51,957 nt of DNA, from contig LCKS01000003.1 of NCBI GenBank assembly GCA_001001555.1, forward strand, positions 1 through 51,957, given 5' to 3'. The notes beneath the pieces were generated by a model. That model had not been told where the DNA came from. It was given only the letters and a program-made list of their open reading frames with translations, and ran no database searches. Every line of letters starts with the position of its first letter. Position 1 is the first letter of the stretch. A program made the position numbers and the translations under genes. Shown one piece after another: positions 37,192-45,708 of this stretch. Source of the stretch: Candidatus Amesbacteria bacterium GW2011_GWC2_45_19 (GTDB lineage: Bacteria; Patescibacteriota; Microgenomatia; CAZETR01; Amesbacteraceae).

Positions 37192-37445
37192 TGATTAAAA
37201 AATTTTCTTTTCCCAAAATATGGTTCGAGCCGATGTTTTTAACAGGTTCTTTGGCAGTTTTTATCGGCGCGGCGGAGCCGCGATTTGCTACGCTGGCTCC
37301 TCGCCACCGCAGGCGGCGAAATGCGTTCGAACTATCTTTAGAATACAGCACCAGTAAGGAATTTGCAAGCGGTTTCGGTTCGCCTCGCTTTGCTCGGCGA
37401 CCAAATTGTAAGGAATTTTGGGCGAAAAAATCAGTTGGCGATTTC
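37192..37445. repeat. mosaic of five inverted copies of other parts of the element
   Basis: 37192-37215 / 37450-37473; 37215-37242 / 38814-38841; 37243-37262 / 37618-37637; 37263-37352 / 36403-36492; 37348-37445 / 38844-38941. Confidence 0.9.
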
Positions 37446-37480
37446 ATTCTGGGAAAAGAAAATTTTTTAATCAAATCAAT

Positions 37481-39043
37481 ATGAAATACTTTATTTATGC
37501 TCGCAAGAGCACAGAAGAAGATGACCGTCAGGTCTTATCCATTGAAGCTCAACTTGTTGAGCTCAAAGAATTTGCCGCCAAAGAAAAACTTGAAATTGTC
37601 GCATCGCTTTGCGAGGCAAAAACTGCCAAAGAACCTGGACGAATAAAATTCGCAGAAATGTTGTCAATGATTGAAAAAGGCAAGGCAGACGGAATAATTT
37701 CGTGGCACCCCGACAGATTAGCAAGGAATAGCGTAGATGGCGGAAAGATAATCTATTTTGTAGATTGCGGCTTGATTAAGTCCCTCAAATTTCCCACTTT
37801 TTGGTTTGAGCCAACGCCGCAAGGACTTTTTATGCTCAACATCGCTTTTGGCCAATCAAAATATTTTGTAGATAATTTGCGAGAGAATGTAAAAAGGGGT
37901 TTGAGGCAGAAAATCAGAAATGGCGTTTGGCCCGGCTGGGCGCCAGTAGGTTATCTCAACAATCCTAAAACTCGCTTAATTGATATTGACCGAGAAAAAT
38001 CGGGTAAGGTAAGAAAACTTTTCGAGCTTTATTCCACCGGCGGATATACTCTAAAATCTCTCGCAAATTGGTGCAAAGAAAAAGGGTTGCGTGGAAATCT
38101 TGGAAAGGAAATCGCGATCGGCAACATTCAAAAGATTCTACAAAATATTTTCTACATTGGTTTGATGAAATATCGTAGGGAAATTTTTGAGGGACAACAC
38201 GAACCGTTAATTTTAAAGAAACTTTTTGATAAATGCCAAGAAGTGATGAGTAAACGCGGCAAAGTGCAAGAAGTGAGAAAACACCACTTCGCTTTTCTTG
38301 GCTTACTCAAATGTCCTTCCTGCGGTTGTTCAATCACTGGAGAGAGGCAGAAAGGGCATAACTATTATCGTTGCACCAAAAAGAAAGGGCCATGCCAAGA
38401 AAAGCACTATTTGAGAGAAGAAGCACTAACAGAGCAAATTAAAACATTCCTTCAAAAAGTTTCTTTGTCGAGCCAAGACACCGAGAAAGTTTTGGCGGCG
38501 TTAGACGCAGAACAGGAAAAAGCGAGAGAGGACGCGCAAAACGAGGTGGTAAATCTCAAAGAGGAATTAGCGAGTGTAGAAACGAAGTTAGCAAGGCTCC
38601 TCGATATTTATTTGGCAGACGCTTTATCCACAGAAGAATACGCCGCCAAAAAACAAAGTTTACTTTCACAAAAAGTGTCGTTGAGTGAAAAAATAACCGA
38701 CTTTGAGACAAAAGGTCTGTCTTGGCTCGAACCGGCTCGTGGGTTCGTAAAATCCTTAAATCAAGCCGCTAATCTCATTCAAACAGATACTCTTTCCGAA
38801 TTGCCAACATTTCTTAAAAACATCGGCTCGAACCATATTTTACGAAATCGCCAACTGATTTTTTCGCCCAAAATTCCTTACAATTTGGTCGCCGAGCAAA
38901 GCGAGGCGAACCGAAACCGCTTGCAAATTCCTTACTGGTGCCGGGAGCGAGACTCGAACTCGCACAGTCCAATGGACTGCGGGCTCTTAAGGCCCGTGTG
39001 TCTGCCATTCCACCACCCCGGCTGGTGCAATTGTTTGAACTAG
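37481..39043 (+). CDS. large serine recombinase
   Basis: YARKS, DRLARN, recombinase domain HEPLI, Zn ribbon CPSCG...YYRC, coiled coil; ATG 37481. Confidence 0.95.
   Translation: MKYFIYARKSTEEDDRQVLSIEAQLVELKEFAAKEKLEIVASLCEAKTAKEPGRIKFAEMLSMIEKGKADGIISWHPDRLARNSVDGGKIIYFVDCGLIKSLKFPTFWFEPTPQGLFMLNIAFGQSKYFVDNLRENVKRGLRQKIRNGVWPGWAPVGYLNNPKTRLIDIDREKSGKVRKLFELYSTGGYTLKSLANWCKEKGLRGNLGKEIAIGNIQKILQNIFYIGLMKYRREIFEGQHEPLILKKLFDKCQEVMSKRGKVQEVRKHHFAFLGLLKCPSCGCSITGERQKGHNYYRCTKKKGPCQEKHYLREEALTEQIKTFLQKVSLSSQDTEKVLAALDAEQEKAREDAQNEVVNLKEELASVETKLARLLDIYLADALSTEEYAAKKQSLLSQKVSLSEKITDFETKGLSWLEPARGFVKSLNQAANLIQTDTLSELPTFLKNIGSNHILRNRQLIFSPKIPYNLVAEQSEANRNRLQIPYWCRERDSNSHSPMDCGLLRPVCLPFHHPGWCNCLN
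38936..39022 (-). tRNA. tRNA-Leu(TAA)
   Basis: CGGGC-CTTAAGA-GCCCG anticodon arm; long variable arm; CCA encoded. Confidence 0.93.
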
Positions 39044-39210
39044 CTCGGACCTATTTTACCAGTAATTTTTAGAAATTATTTTTACCGGGACAAAAAAGGG
39101 GTCAAAAGTGTATTTTCGTGAAGTCGATTAATTCTACTTAGTGTTCCAAATTGGAATTTATCCTATATTTGTAGTAGAATATAAAATGTCGTAAGAAGTA
39201 CTAGTATTGT

Positions 39211-39954
39211 ATGTCCAATTTTTCTGAAATTGCTGAGGTTGATCCAACTGCTGATTATGGATATGCTTACGGACCGAGAGAATTAGAAATACTATCAGTA
39301 GAAAATACCGTTGCTAAGCTGAGAGAGAAAGTTGCTCCTTTTCGATTTAGACTTGCTGCAAGAGATATTTCAAGGGAATTAGGACTGCAAGGTGGAGAAA
39401 GAATTTTGGAGTTAGGAAGCGGCCTTGGGCTTCTTGGCAAAGCGATGAAAGAAGAGGTTCATGGAGATCTAGAATACTATGGTGTAGAGCTTGCTTTTAA
39501 ACCTGCGACGAAAAGTAAAGAAAACTTAATTTTACCCATACAGGCCGATGTTGTAAAGCTACCGTTCGTGAACGAATCTTTCGATGCTGTAGTTTCAACT
39601 GACGTCCTGGAACATATTGCCAACGCCGATGGAGCAGTTGAAGAAATAAAAAGGGTTCTTAAGCCGGACGGTAAAGCATTTATTGTAATCGCCGATCCCT
39701 CCGAAGCGAGATTTCAAAATGTCACGGGGCATATAGCCAGGTCCAATAAAGGCCCCGATATATTTTTTTGGGAAGATTTGTTTAAAGCACATGGATTTCT
39801 AGTTTTAGAAAAAGAATCAAAAAAATACAGTGCACGAGACTGGAGAAGAATTTTTAATCTCCCTTTCTTAGTCAAACTGAAAAATAAACCAGGATTTGCT
39901 TGTGCTTTTAACCCCGTAAATCGTCCGGGAACATACATTCTCAAGAAAACTTAG
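39211..39954 (+). CDS. class I SAM-dependent methyltransferase
   Basis: ILELGSGLG, SFDAVVSTDVLEHI, RVLKPDG. Confidence 0.9.
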   Translation: MSNFSEIAEVDPTADYGYAYGPRELEILSVENTVAKLREKVAPFRFRLAARDISRELGLQGGERILELGSGLGLLGKAMKEEVHGDLEYYGVELAFKPATKSKENLILPIQADVVKLPFVNESFDAVVSTDVLEHIANADGAVEEIKRVLKPDGKAFIVIADPSEARFQNVTGHIARSNKGPDIFFWEDLFKAHGFLVLEKESKKYSARDWRRIFNLPFLVKLKNKPGFACAFNPVNRPGTYILKKT

Positions 39955-39979
39955 TCTACTGGCTTGTTCGAAATTTTTG

Positions 39980-40053
39980 TGGACGCTGAGGGACTCGAAC
40001 CCCCGGCCCCCGCTGTGTAAAAGCGATGCTCTGGCCAGCTGAGCTAAGCGTCC
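39980..40053 (-). tRNA. tRNA-Val(TAC)
   Basis: GGACGCT acceptor; anticodon loop TTTACAC. Confidence 0.92.
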
Positions 40054-40298
40054 AATACATTAATTATAGCTTGTTTAATCTTCTTTCCAAAACCCATTTT
40101 ATAAAAACTTTCTCTTTTTCGAGCATCTGCTTCGCAAAGATAATCTTCATGATAAATAAGTTTAAACGGCCCATTTGATTTAGTCCAAGTATTGGAACCA
40201 CTATTGTGTTCATCCAACCTGATTCTTGGATCTTTCGAAGTGAACCCAACGTAAACTTTATTATTGTTTACACTTCTTAAAAAATATACGTGATACAT
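40044..40298 (-). CDS. small GIY-YIG nuclease
   Basis: YHVYFL...VYVGFT...RLDEHN...ARKRE. Confidence 0.9.
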   Translation of the reverse strand: MYHVYFLRSVNNNKVYVGFTSKDPRIRLDEHNSGSNTWTKSNGPFKLIYHEDYLCEADARKRESFYKMGFGKKIKQAIINVLDA

Positions 40299-40300
40299 AA

Positions 40301-40351
40301 GCCAGCTGCCAGCCAGAGGCTGGTCGTCCTCTGGACGAAGCTAAGCGTCCA
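40301..40351. repeat. duplicated tRNA-Val 5' end split by a 30-bp double hairpin
   Basis: 40301-40308 plus 40339-40351 equal 40034-40054; insert CCAGCC-AGA-GGCTGG-TCGTCC-TCT-GGACGA. Confidence 0.85.
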
Positions 40352-40354
40352 GTG

Positions 40355-40438
40355 TGCCGAGAAGAGGACTCGAACCTCCACGCCATTTCTGGCACATGTC
40401 CCTCAAACATGCCTGTCTACCAGTTCCAGCATCCCGGC
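40355..40438 (-). tRNA. tRNA-Leu(GAG)
   Basis: CATGT-TTGAGGG-ACATG anticodon arm; variable arm. Confidence 0.93.
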
Positions 40439-41059
40439 TCGTCTTCTGATTATACCTAACGCACGCTTAATTTTGAACCTTTTGCGCTTAAGGTAGATAT
40501 TGTTGTTGCCCTGATATATTTTACTGACCAGGGAAATAGAACTTTTTTTTGCGTACATAAGATGGTATGTCGATTTTCCTGAATATTTAATAGCTCCATG
40601 AATATTGTACAAAGACTCTACCTTTTCTTTGATCCATTCTAAGTGCCTTTTACTTGCGGATAAAAAACCCGTGTAAAACATAAAACTTGATTTCCACCGT
40701 TTGTCCCAATATGAATATGTGTATCCATCCCCATCTAGATGGCCTCTTAAAAAATGGGAGAAATACTTGTCTGGAATAATTAATTCTTGGAGTGACTTAG
40801 TTTTATTCGGGTGTAATCCAACTGATATAAGAAATTTGTAAAGTTTGACGTTGCTAAATTGAACAAAATAGTACTTTTTGATTCCAGTGTAGGAACTTGC
40901 CCTTTTATTAATTTTGCTATTTATCTTTATGGAATGTAGAAAATTTTGGATTTGATCTAAATCCTTAGATACGAGTGATAGGTGCCTGCCATCTTTAGAT
41001 AAATTTCCATCTGTGGTAATTAAACCTACTGCGTAGGCAAGATTTTTAGACCAATGCAT
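40403..41059 (-). CDS. free-standing LAGLIDADG homing-endonuclease-like protein
   Basis: LAYAVGLITTDG and FLRGHLDGDG motifs. Confidence 0.88.
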   Translation of the reverse strand: MHWSKNLAYAVGLITTDGNLSKDGRHLSLVSKDLDQIQNFLHSIKINSKINKRASSYTGIKKYYFVQFSNVKLYKFLISVGLHPNKTKSLQELIIPDKYFSHFLRGHLDGDGYTYSYWDKRWKSSFMFYTGFLSASKRHLEWIKEKVESLYNIHGAIKYSGKSTYHLMYAKKSSISLVSKIYQGNNNIYLKRKRFKIKRALGIIRRRAGMLELVDRHV

Positions 41060-41110
41060 ACTATAATTATCTCAAGTGTATACCGTATACTTTTGGAAGC
41101 AAAATACGTG

Positions 41111-41194
41111 TGCCCAAAGGGAGACTCGGACTCCCACAGCCTTGCGGCCACATGCTCCTGAAGCATGCGCGTCTGCCAATTCCGCCATCTGGGC
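41111..41194 (-). tRNA. tRNA-Leu(CAG)
   Basis: CATGC-TTCAGGA-GCATG anticodon arm; T-loop TCCGAGT. Confidence 0.92.
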
Positions 41195-41222
41195 ACTAAG
41201 GTATTATATAATAGTCTCACTG

Positions 41223-41295
41223 GCCGAGGTAGCCAAGATGGTCAAGGCACCTGTCTGAAGAACAGGCTATGTCAGTTCGAGTCTGACCCTCGGCA
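41223..41295 (+). tRNA. tRNA-Phe(GAA)
   Basis: CCTGT-CTGAAGA-ACAGG anticodon arm; TATAAT upstream. Confidence 0.92.
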
Positions 41296-41300
41296 CCCAA

Positions 41301-41371
41301 GCGGCTATGGTTCATCGGTAGAATATCTCCTTGCCAAGGAGAAGAGACGGGTTCAATTCCCGTTAGCCGCT
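41301..41371 (+). tRNA. tRNA-Gly(GCC)
   Basis: TCTCC-TTGCCAA-GGAGA anticodon arm; U73. Confidence 0.92.
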
Positions 41372-41409
41372 CACGAGAGGTAATGCGGTTTGACTGTTCT
41401 GGTTAAGTT

Positions 41410-42750
41410 CTATTCGTAGAACCAATCCCAGCCCGGGTTTTCTACTTCTATAATCTTGCTTTTGAGCATTTTGTAAACTCCGGCTTCTTTGATTGTTTGC
41501 CAGGTCCCTTCGTAAAAGTGCATCTCTGCTTCCCCGTCCACCCAATTTTTAGTCGAGAATTTCACAAAAGCCGTATCTTTGCTATTTTCGTATCTTTCGG
41601 ATTTAATAACGTCAACGTCCAGAATATCGGTAAACCGGTTTGTCCATTCTTCATAATTTGTCTTTTGGAGATACTCCTTGCTTAGTAAATTAAATCCATC
41701 CCGCATTCTTCTGGCTTTGAGATAAGTATAAAAGGCTTTTACCGCCTCGGCTGGAGAAACTGAAGGATCAACTTCTATTTTTGTAATATTCTGGTCTGTA
41801 AAACCCGGAGCCATGGTTTTGGCTTGATCGGCGGCGATAAACATCGACAGTCCGGCCAGACCCATCGTGTTGATACCCACGACGTTTCCGCACTGGTCCG
41901 CCAACGGGCCTCCACTCATTCCCGGAACCAGACTAAGATTTGTTTGGAGATAAACAACGGGGTTCTTATTGGATTTTCGAAAATCAATAAAATTACCTCT
42001 GACAACAGTCGCTTTTCCCACCAAATCTGTTCCCAGCGCATAGCCTGTCGATATTAACGGCTCATCTCCGCGGAGCATTACTTTGTCCGGAAGTGGTAAC
42101 ACTTTCTCCGGAAACTTCTTGTCAGTAAAAAGAACTGCCAAATCAACATCTTTATTTCCTAATATTTTATTTGGGGTGACAAAGCTACCGTCGGGAAAAA
42201 TAATCTTGGGGCTGGGTTCATCGGCAATAACATGGAAGTTGGTAATCACTTGATTGGGGGCAATGAAAAATCCCGTACCCTCTGAAAAACCGCCAACTAC
42301 ACGAACGACCGAACCAATCATTTTATCCCTTACCCCGAATGAACAAAGGAACTTGCCGACGTAACCATATTGATTAGTCAAATAATCGGCAATCACAAAA
42401 AGCGAAGCGGCTAGGTAAATGAAAATTCCGAGAATAAAAATTGACTTCAGAAAGTTTTTCAGGCTCTTGAAGGGGAAAATAAGCGTTTCAAAAATTAGTC
42501 CTATGAAGGCAAAAATAAATTTGATTAAAAACTTGACGAAATAGTAGGCAGTGTAGGTAACAAGTTTAATCGGGAAAAGATACAAAGGAAAAAGCAGGCG
42601 CTTAAAATAAGCGCCCAGCCCTTTAAGAAGGGAGCCCGCTCTCTCCTTAATATTTTTTATGGTGAGCTTGTCGAACCCATTCGCCAACCTACTTGTCCAT
42701 CGTAGCTTTAGCGAAGTTGGATCAAATTGTCTTTCAAGTATATTTATCAT
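41410..42750 (-). CDS. membrane-anchored trypsin-like serine protease
   Basis: GTGFF, TNFHV, DLAVL, GMSGGP; start uncertain. Confidence 0.85.
   Translation of the reverse strand: MINILERQFDPTSLKLRWTSRLANGFDKLTIKNIKERAGSLLKGLGAYFKRLLFPLYLFPIKLVTYTAYYFVKFLIKFIFAFIGLIFETLIFPFKSLKNFLKSIFILGIFIYLAASLFVIADYLTNQYGYVGKFLCSFGVRDKMIGSVVRVVGGFSEGTGFFIAPNQVITNFHVIADEPSPKIIFPDGSFVTPNKILGNKDVDLAVLFTDKKFPEKVLPLPDKVMLRGDEPLISTGYALGTDLVGKATVVRGNFIDFRKSNKNPVVYLQTNLSLVPGMSGGPLADQCGNVVGINTMGLAGLSMFIAADQAKTMAPGFTDQNITKIEVDPSVSPAEAVKAFYTYLKARRMRDGFNLLSKEYLQKTNYEEWTNRFTDILDVDVIKSERYENSKDTAFVKFSTKNWVDGEAEMHFYEGTWQTIKEAGVYKMLKSKIIEVENPGWDWFYE
42720..42750. repeat. 31-bp direct repeat
   Basis: GATCAAATTGTCTTTCAAGTATATTTATCAT also at 44782-44812. 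Confidence 0.9.
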
Positions 42751-43757
42751 GCTTTTTTTGTCCTCATTTTTCTCGCCCTTAACAATTTTTTGATTTCTCT
42801 ATCAAAGTCGGATATGTAATTTTTATCTTGTTCCGCACGATATTTTTTATATTCTCCCAACGCTTTATCTCCAGCTTGCCTAGCGCTGACTTTGCCAGCC
42901 GAGTGCAATAATTTCTTTTCAGAAATAGTCAAAAATTCATCAAGCTTCCTAATCCAATCTTGCATTTTCATCAAACGGCCGCTGGCGGCTTGCAATTCTG
43001 CAAAATCAATATAAAGAGAAACAATCAGATTTAACTGATTTATTTCTGATTCGGTCAAATAGTTTTTTGCGATGACAATATCGTTTACTGTGATGTAGTC
43101 GCTTTTGAAACTAGTAAGCCCCATCAATGGCTTTTTGCTGTTGGCACGTAGAGTGATTATTTCAGCCGCGGTACATCCATGAACGGCGTAATGCATTTTA
43201 TTTTGCACCGTGGCAAAAAACTTTTGCGTCAGCTCTGTATCAACCTTGTAATCAATACTCGTCGCGTAAATATCAGTCACTTTCTGATAAAACATGCGTT
43301 CGCTGCTGCGAATGTCCCGCACGCGCTGGAGAAGTTCCTGGAAATACCGCGCTCTGCCGCCGGCCTGCTTGAGTCGCTCATCATCGAGAGTAAAACCCTT
43401 TATAAGGTACTCTCTTAATCTTTCGGTTGCCCATTTGCGGAATTGCGTTCCTTGGGCAGAATGTACGCGGTAACCCACAGCGAGAATCGCCTCGAGATTG
43501 TAGTGTTTTGTATTATAGTTTTTCCCATCATCCGCAGTTATCCGGAAATTCCGGATAACTGAATTTTTGTCCAGTTCTCCTTCTTTAATTATGTTAACGA
43601 TATGTTCATTTATAGTCCTCACGTCTACACTAAAAAGTTCGGCAATCATTTTTTGCGAGAGCCATACATTTTCATCTTCAATTCTGACGCGAATTTTTTG
43701 CCTATCGCCAAGAGTTTGATATATGACAATTTGCGGTTTTGTAGTTTCTTTTTTCAT
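42747..43757 (-). CDS. RhuM-family protein
   Basis: WLSQKMIAELF, YNLEAILAVGYRV, FRKWAT, FFATVQNKMH. Confidence 0.92.
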   Translation of the reverse strand: MKKETTKPQIVIYQTLGDRQKIRVRIEDENVWLSQKMIAELFSVDVRTINEHIVNIIKEGELDKNSVIRNFRITADDGKNYNTKHYNLEAILAVGYRVHSAQGTQFRKWATERLREYLIKGFTLDDERLKQAGGRARYFQELLQRVRDIRSSERMFYQKVTDIYATSIDYKVDTELTQKFFATVQNKMHYAVHGCTAAEIITLRANSKKPLMGLTSFKSDYITVNDIVIAKNYLTESEINQLNLIVSLYIDFAELQAASGRLMKMQDWIRKLDEFLTISEKKLLHSAGKVSARQAGDKALGEYKKYRAEQDKNYISDFDREIKKLLRARKMRTKKA

Positions 43758-43769
43758 AGTTCTATATTC

Positions 43770-43919
43770 TCATATATTTTCTATCTTGTTTGGTTTTGAA
43801 TTTTGGTTGCTAACATCTATCACTTTTATACCAAAGTGTTCAAACATCTCTGTCAGTATATCTCTTTTCCCCGGTTTGAATTTTACCGTTTCAATCCGTA
43901 CCTTTTTCACTTTAGCCAT
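43770..43919 (-). CDS. 49-aa hypothetical protein
   Basis: MAKVKKVRIETVKFKPGKRDILTEMFEHFGIKVIDV..., co-oriented with neighbours. Confidence 0.35.
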   Translation of the reverse strand: MAKVKKVRIETVKFKPGKRDILTEMFEHFGIKVIDVSNQNSKPNKIENI

Positions 43920-44063
43920 ACACTAAACATATACCGAACACTACCCGAAGTCAATAGTTATATCCATATCTCTTGTTTCTCTCTTCGATTTTGGGAATTC
44001 TTTCTTCTAAGTTAGAAAAATCGGCCATATGCTCATATTACCATCAATTTGGGCAGTAGCTTT

Positions 44064-44261
44064 TTAAAAAAGTAAAATTAAAGTTAATAATGTCAAAATT
44101 ATAGTAAGAAAAACCAACCATCTTGAATAGAAAGTGGTGCTCTTTTCCAATTTATCAATAGAATATTTCAATCTACTCATCATTTCAACCAATGCCCCTT
44201 GTCCTCGAAGACCCATATCAGCTTGGTTAGCCAACTCTTGATCGCTAAATTTCTTCATCAT
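44064..44261 (-). CDS. small protein with C-terminal TM helix
   Basis: Overlap-coupled to the upstream gene. Confidence 0.6.
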   Translation of the reverse strand: MMKKFSDQELANQADMGLRGQGALVEMMSRLKYSIDKLEKSTTFYSRWLVFLTIILTLLTLILLF

Positions 44262-44701
44262 CGGTCTTTCTTAGCCCGAAAAGATTTAAGGTTCTTTTGG
44301 TAAGAATTAGAAAGTCCAATCATTTCTGCGGCTTCTATAATTATATTCAAATAACACACAGTAGGTAAAAGATTATTGTTAATTCTATTAGAGTCAGCTA
44401 GGTATGTAACCACTTCTGTAACTTTCCCATCTATCAATGTATTAATTGGCTTACTGCGGTGATAACCTTTCTCGAAACAGTCCAATAATTCAAACTTGTC
44501 TTCTGTCAGTTCAAAAACAACCCCTTCAACTATTGAATTTTTAGCAATTTCAATATTTGCTTTTCCACTTCCATCTACGCTTTTCTTGTTAAATTTTAGA
44601 GCAAATCCGTTAAGAGTAGCTTTCCCGATAATTTTAAAATTACCAACTCTACATTTAGTCTGACAAATATCCATATTTGAACCGTATGCAAAATAGTACA
44701 T
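44258..44701 (-). CDS. gamma-glutamylcyclotransferase (AIG2-like) family protein
   Basis: YFAYGSNM, VEGVVFEL, LDCFE. Confidence 0.88.
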   Translation of the reverse strand: MYYFAYGSNMDICQTKCRVGNFKIIGKATLNGFALKFNKKSVDGSGKANIEIAKNSIVEGVVFELTEDKFELLDCFEKGYHRSKPINTLIDGKVTEVVTYLADSNRINNNLLPTVCYLNIIIEAAEMIGLSNSYQKNLKSFRAKKDR

Positions 44702-44814
44702 ATGAAATCTATAAATCTTTTCGGGCAGTTTTAATTAACTCCAGTGTTGACGCCTGCCCGCCCCTGCCTTGCCGGCAGGCAGATCAAATTGTCTTTCAAG
44801 TATATTTATCATTC

Positions 44815-45708
44815 TTAATTTTTGGGTGGCAACATAATTTGCAAGTCCTTATATATGCGGCCTGATAAATTTTGATCGAAATTGTAAACGTTGCCAACAA
44901 AAAAGGTTGTATGTGCCATTGGGAAATCAGTCTTAAAACCCGTGAGACAAGACAACCAATAAAGTATTAGACAGGGCTCGTAATCGCATATTTTTCTAAT
45001 CATAGGTAGGTTGTCTTGAGCAAATTGGCTAAGCGTAGCATTTAGAAAAGTTAGAGCCGATTGTTCATCTTTGCTATCGAGGATCAAGTCATCGCCTAAT
45101 ATGACTTGTTCAAGTGATAAAGCCATGGTGGATATGCTGCCACCATTTCGCGTTTTTCTTAGTTGTTTTAAGGCTTTTCTAATATGCCTCTCAAGAGATT
45201 TTGGTGAATAAGGTCTTTTGCACTCGATGTTATAAGTAAAGTTATCAGTTAGTAGTTGTAAATCTGGATTCGGACTACCGAGTTTAACTCGTAAATTTCT
45301 GGCGTAAAAAAAAGAAAACAAACTAAGTTCAAAAGTTGTATCCCTGGCTTGTGTATTATTGATATTCTCCTCTGAAAGTAAGTAGGTTCCCTTAGCCAAA
45401 TGTGTTAGTTTCTCTTTTAGGATATTCCCATCTAGCTTGGTATTCTGAAGGGCATCGATGATCTTGCATATCTCAAGTACATAGAATTGACTATAGTAAT
45501 ATTTCGCTTTATTTTTCTGGATCAACGCACGAAACTTATCTTTATCTAAAGTTCTCGATTTTTCAATTTCACCCAGATATTTAAAATATTTGCTTATTCG
45601 ATTAGACTCATCGAAATTTAGTCCAAGCTTGCAATACAAATCCTTGATTTTCTTCTTATATAATAAGAGGTCTGAGTATTTATATTTATTCATAGTTTGG
45701 GTTTTCAA
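44815..45708 (-). CDS. hypothetical protein with PD-(D/E)xK-like motif
   Basis: FEL...NPDLQL...IECKR. Confidence 0.6.
   Translation of the reverse strand: MKTQTMNKYKYSDLLLYKKKIKDLYCKLGLNFDESNRISKYFKYLGEIEKSRTLDKDKFRALIQKNKAKYYYSQFYVLEICKIIDALQNTKLDGNILKEKLTHLAKGTYLLSEENINNTQARDTTFELSLFSFFYARNLRVKLGSPNPDLQLLTDNFTYNIECKRPYSPKSLERHIRKALKQLRKTRNGGSISTMALSLEQVILGDDLILDSKDEQSALTFLNATLSQFAQDNLPMIRKICDYEPCLILYWLSCLTGFKTDFPMAHTTFFVGNVYNFDQNLSGRIYKDLQIMLPPKN

Larger units (their letters stand above)
36403..38941. mobile_element. serine-recombinase element integrated between tRNA-Leu(TAA) and tRNA-Pro(TGG)
   Basis: GCACC core at both ends; recombinase reads into the tRNA-Leu antisense; internal inverted copies of both ends. 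Confidence 0.8.

Noticed and set aside
36558-37484. 308-aa + strand ORF and 100-aa ORF 37172-37474
   Set aside because: Shadow of the cargo gene and translation of the repeat mosaic; no independent coding signal
40355-41194. Intron-split tRNA containing the LAGLIDADG ORF
   Set aside because: Both flanking tRNA-Leu genes are complete
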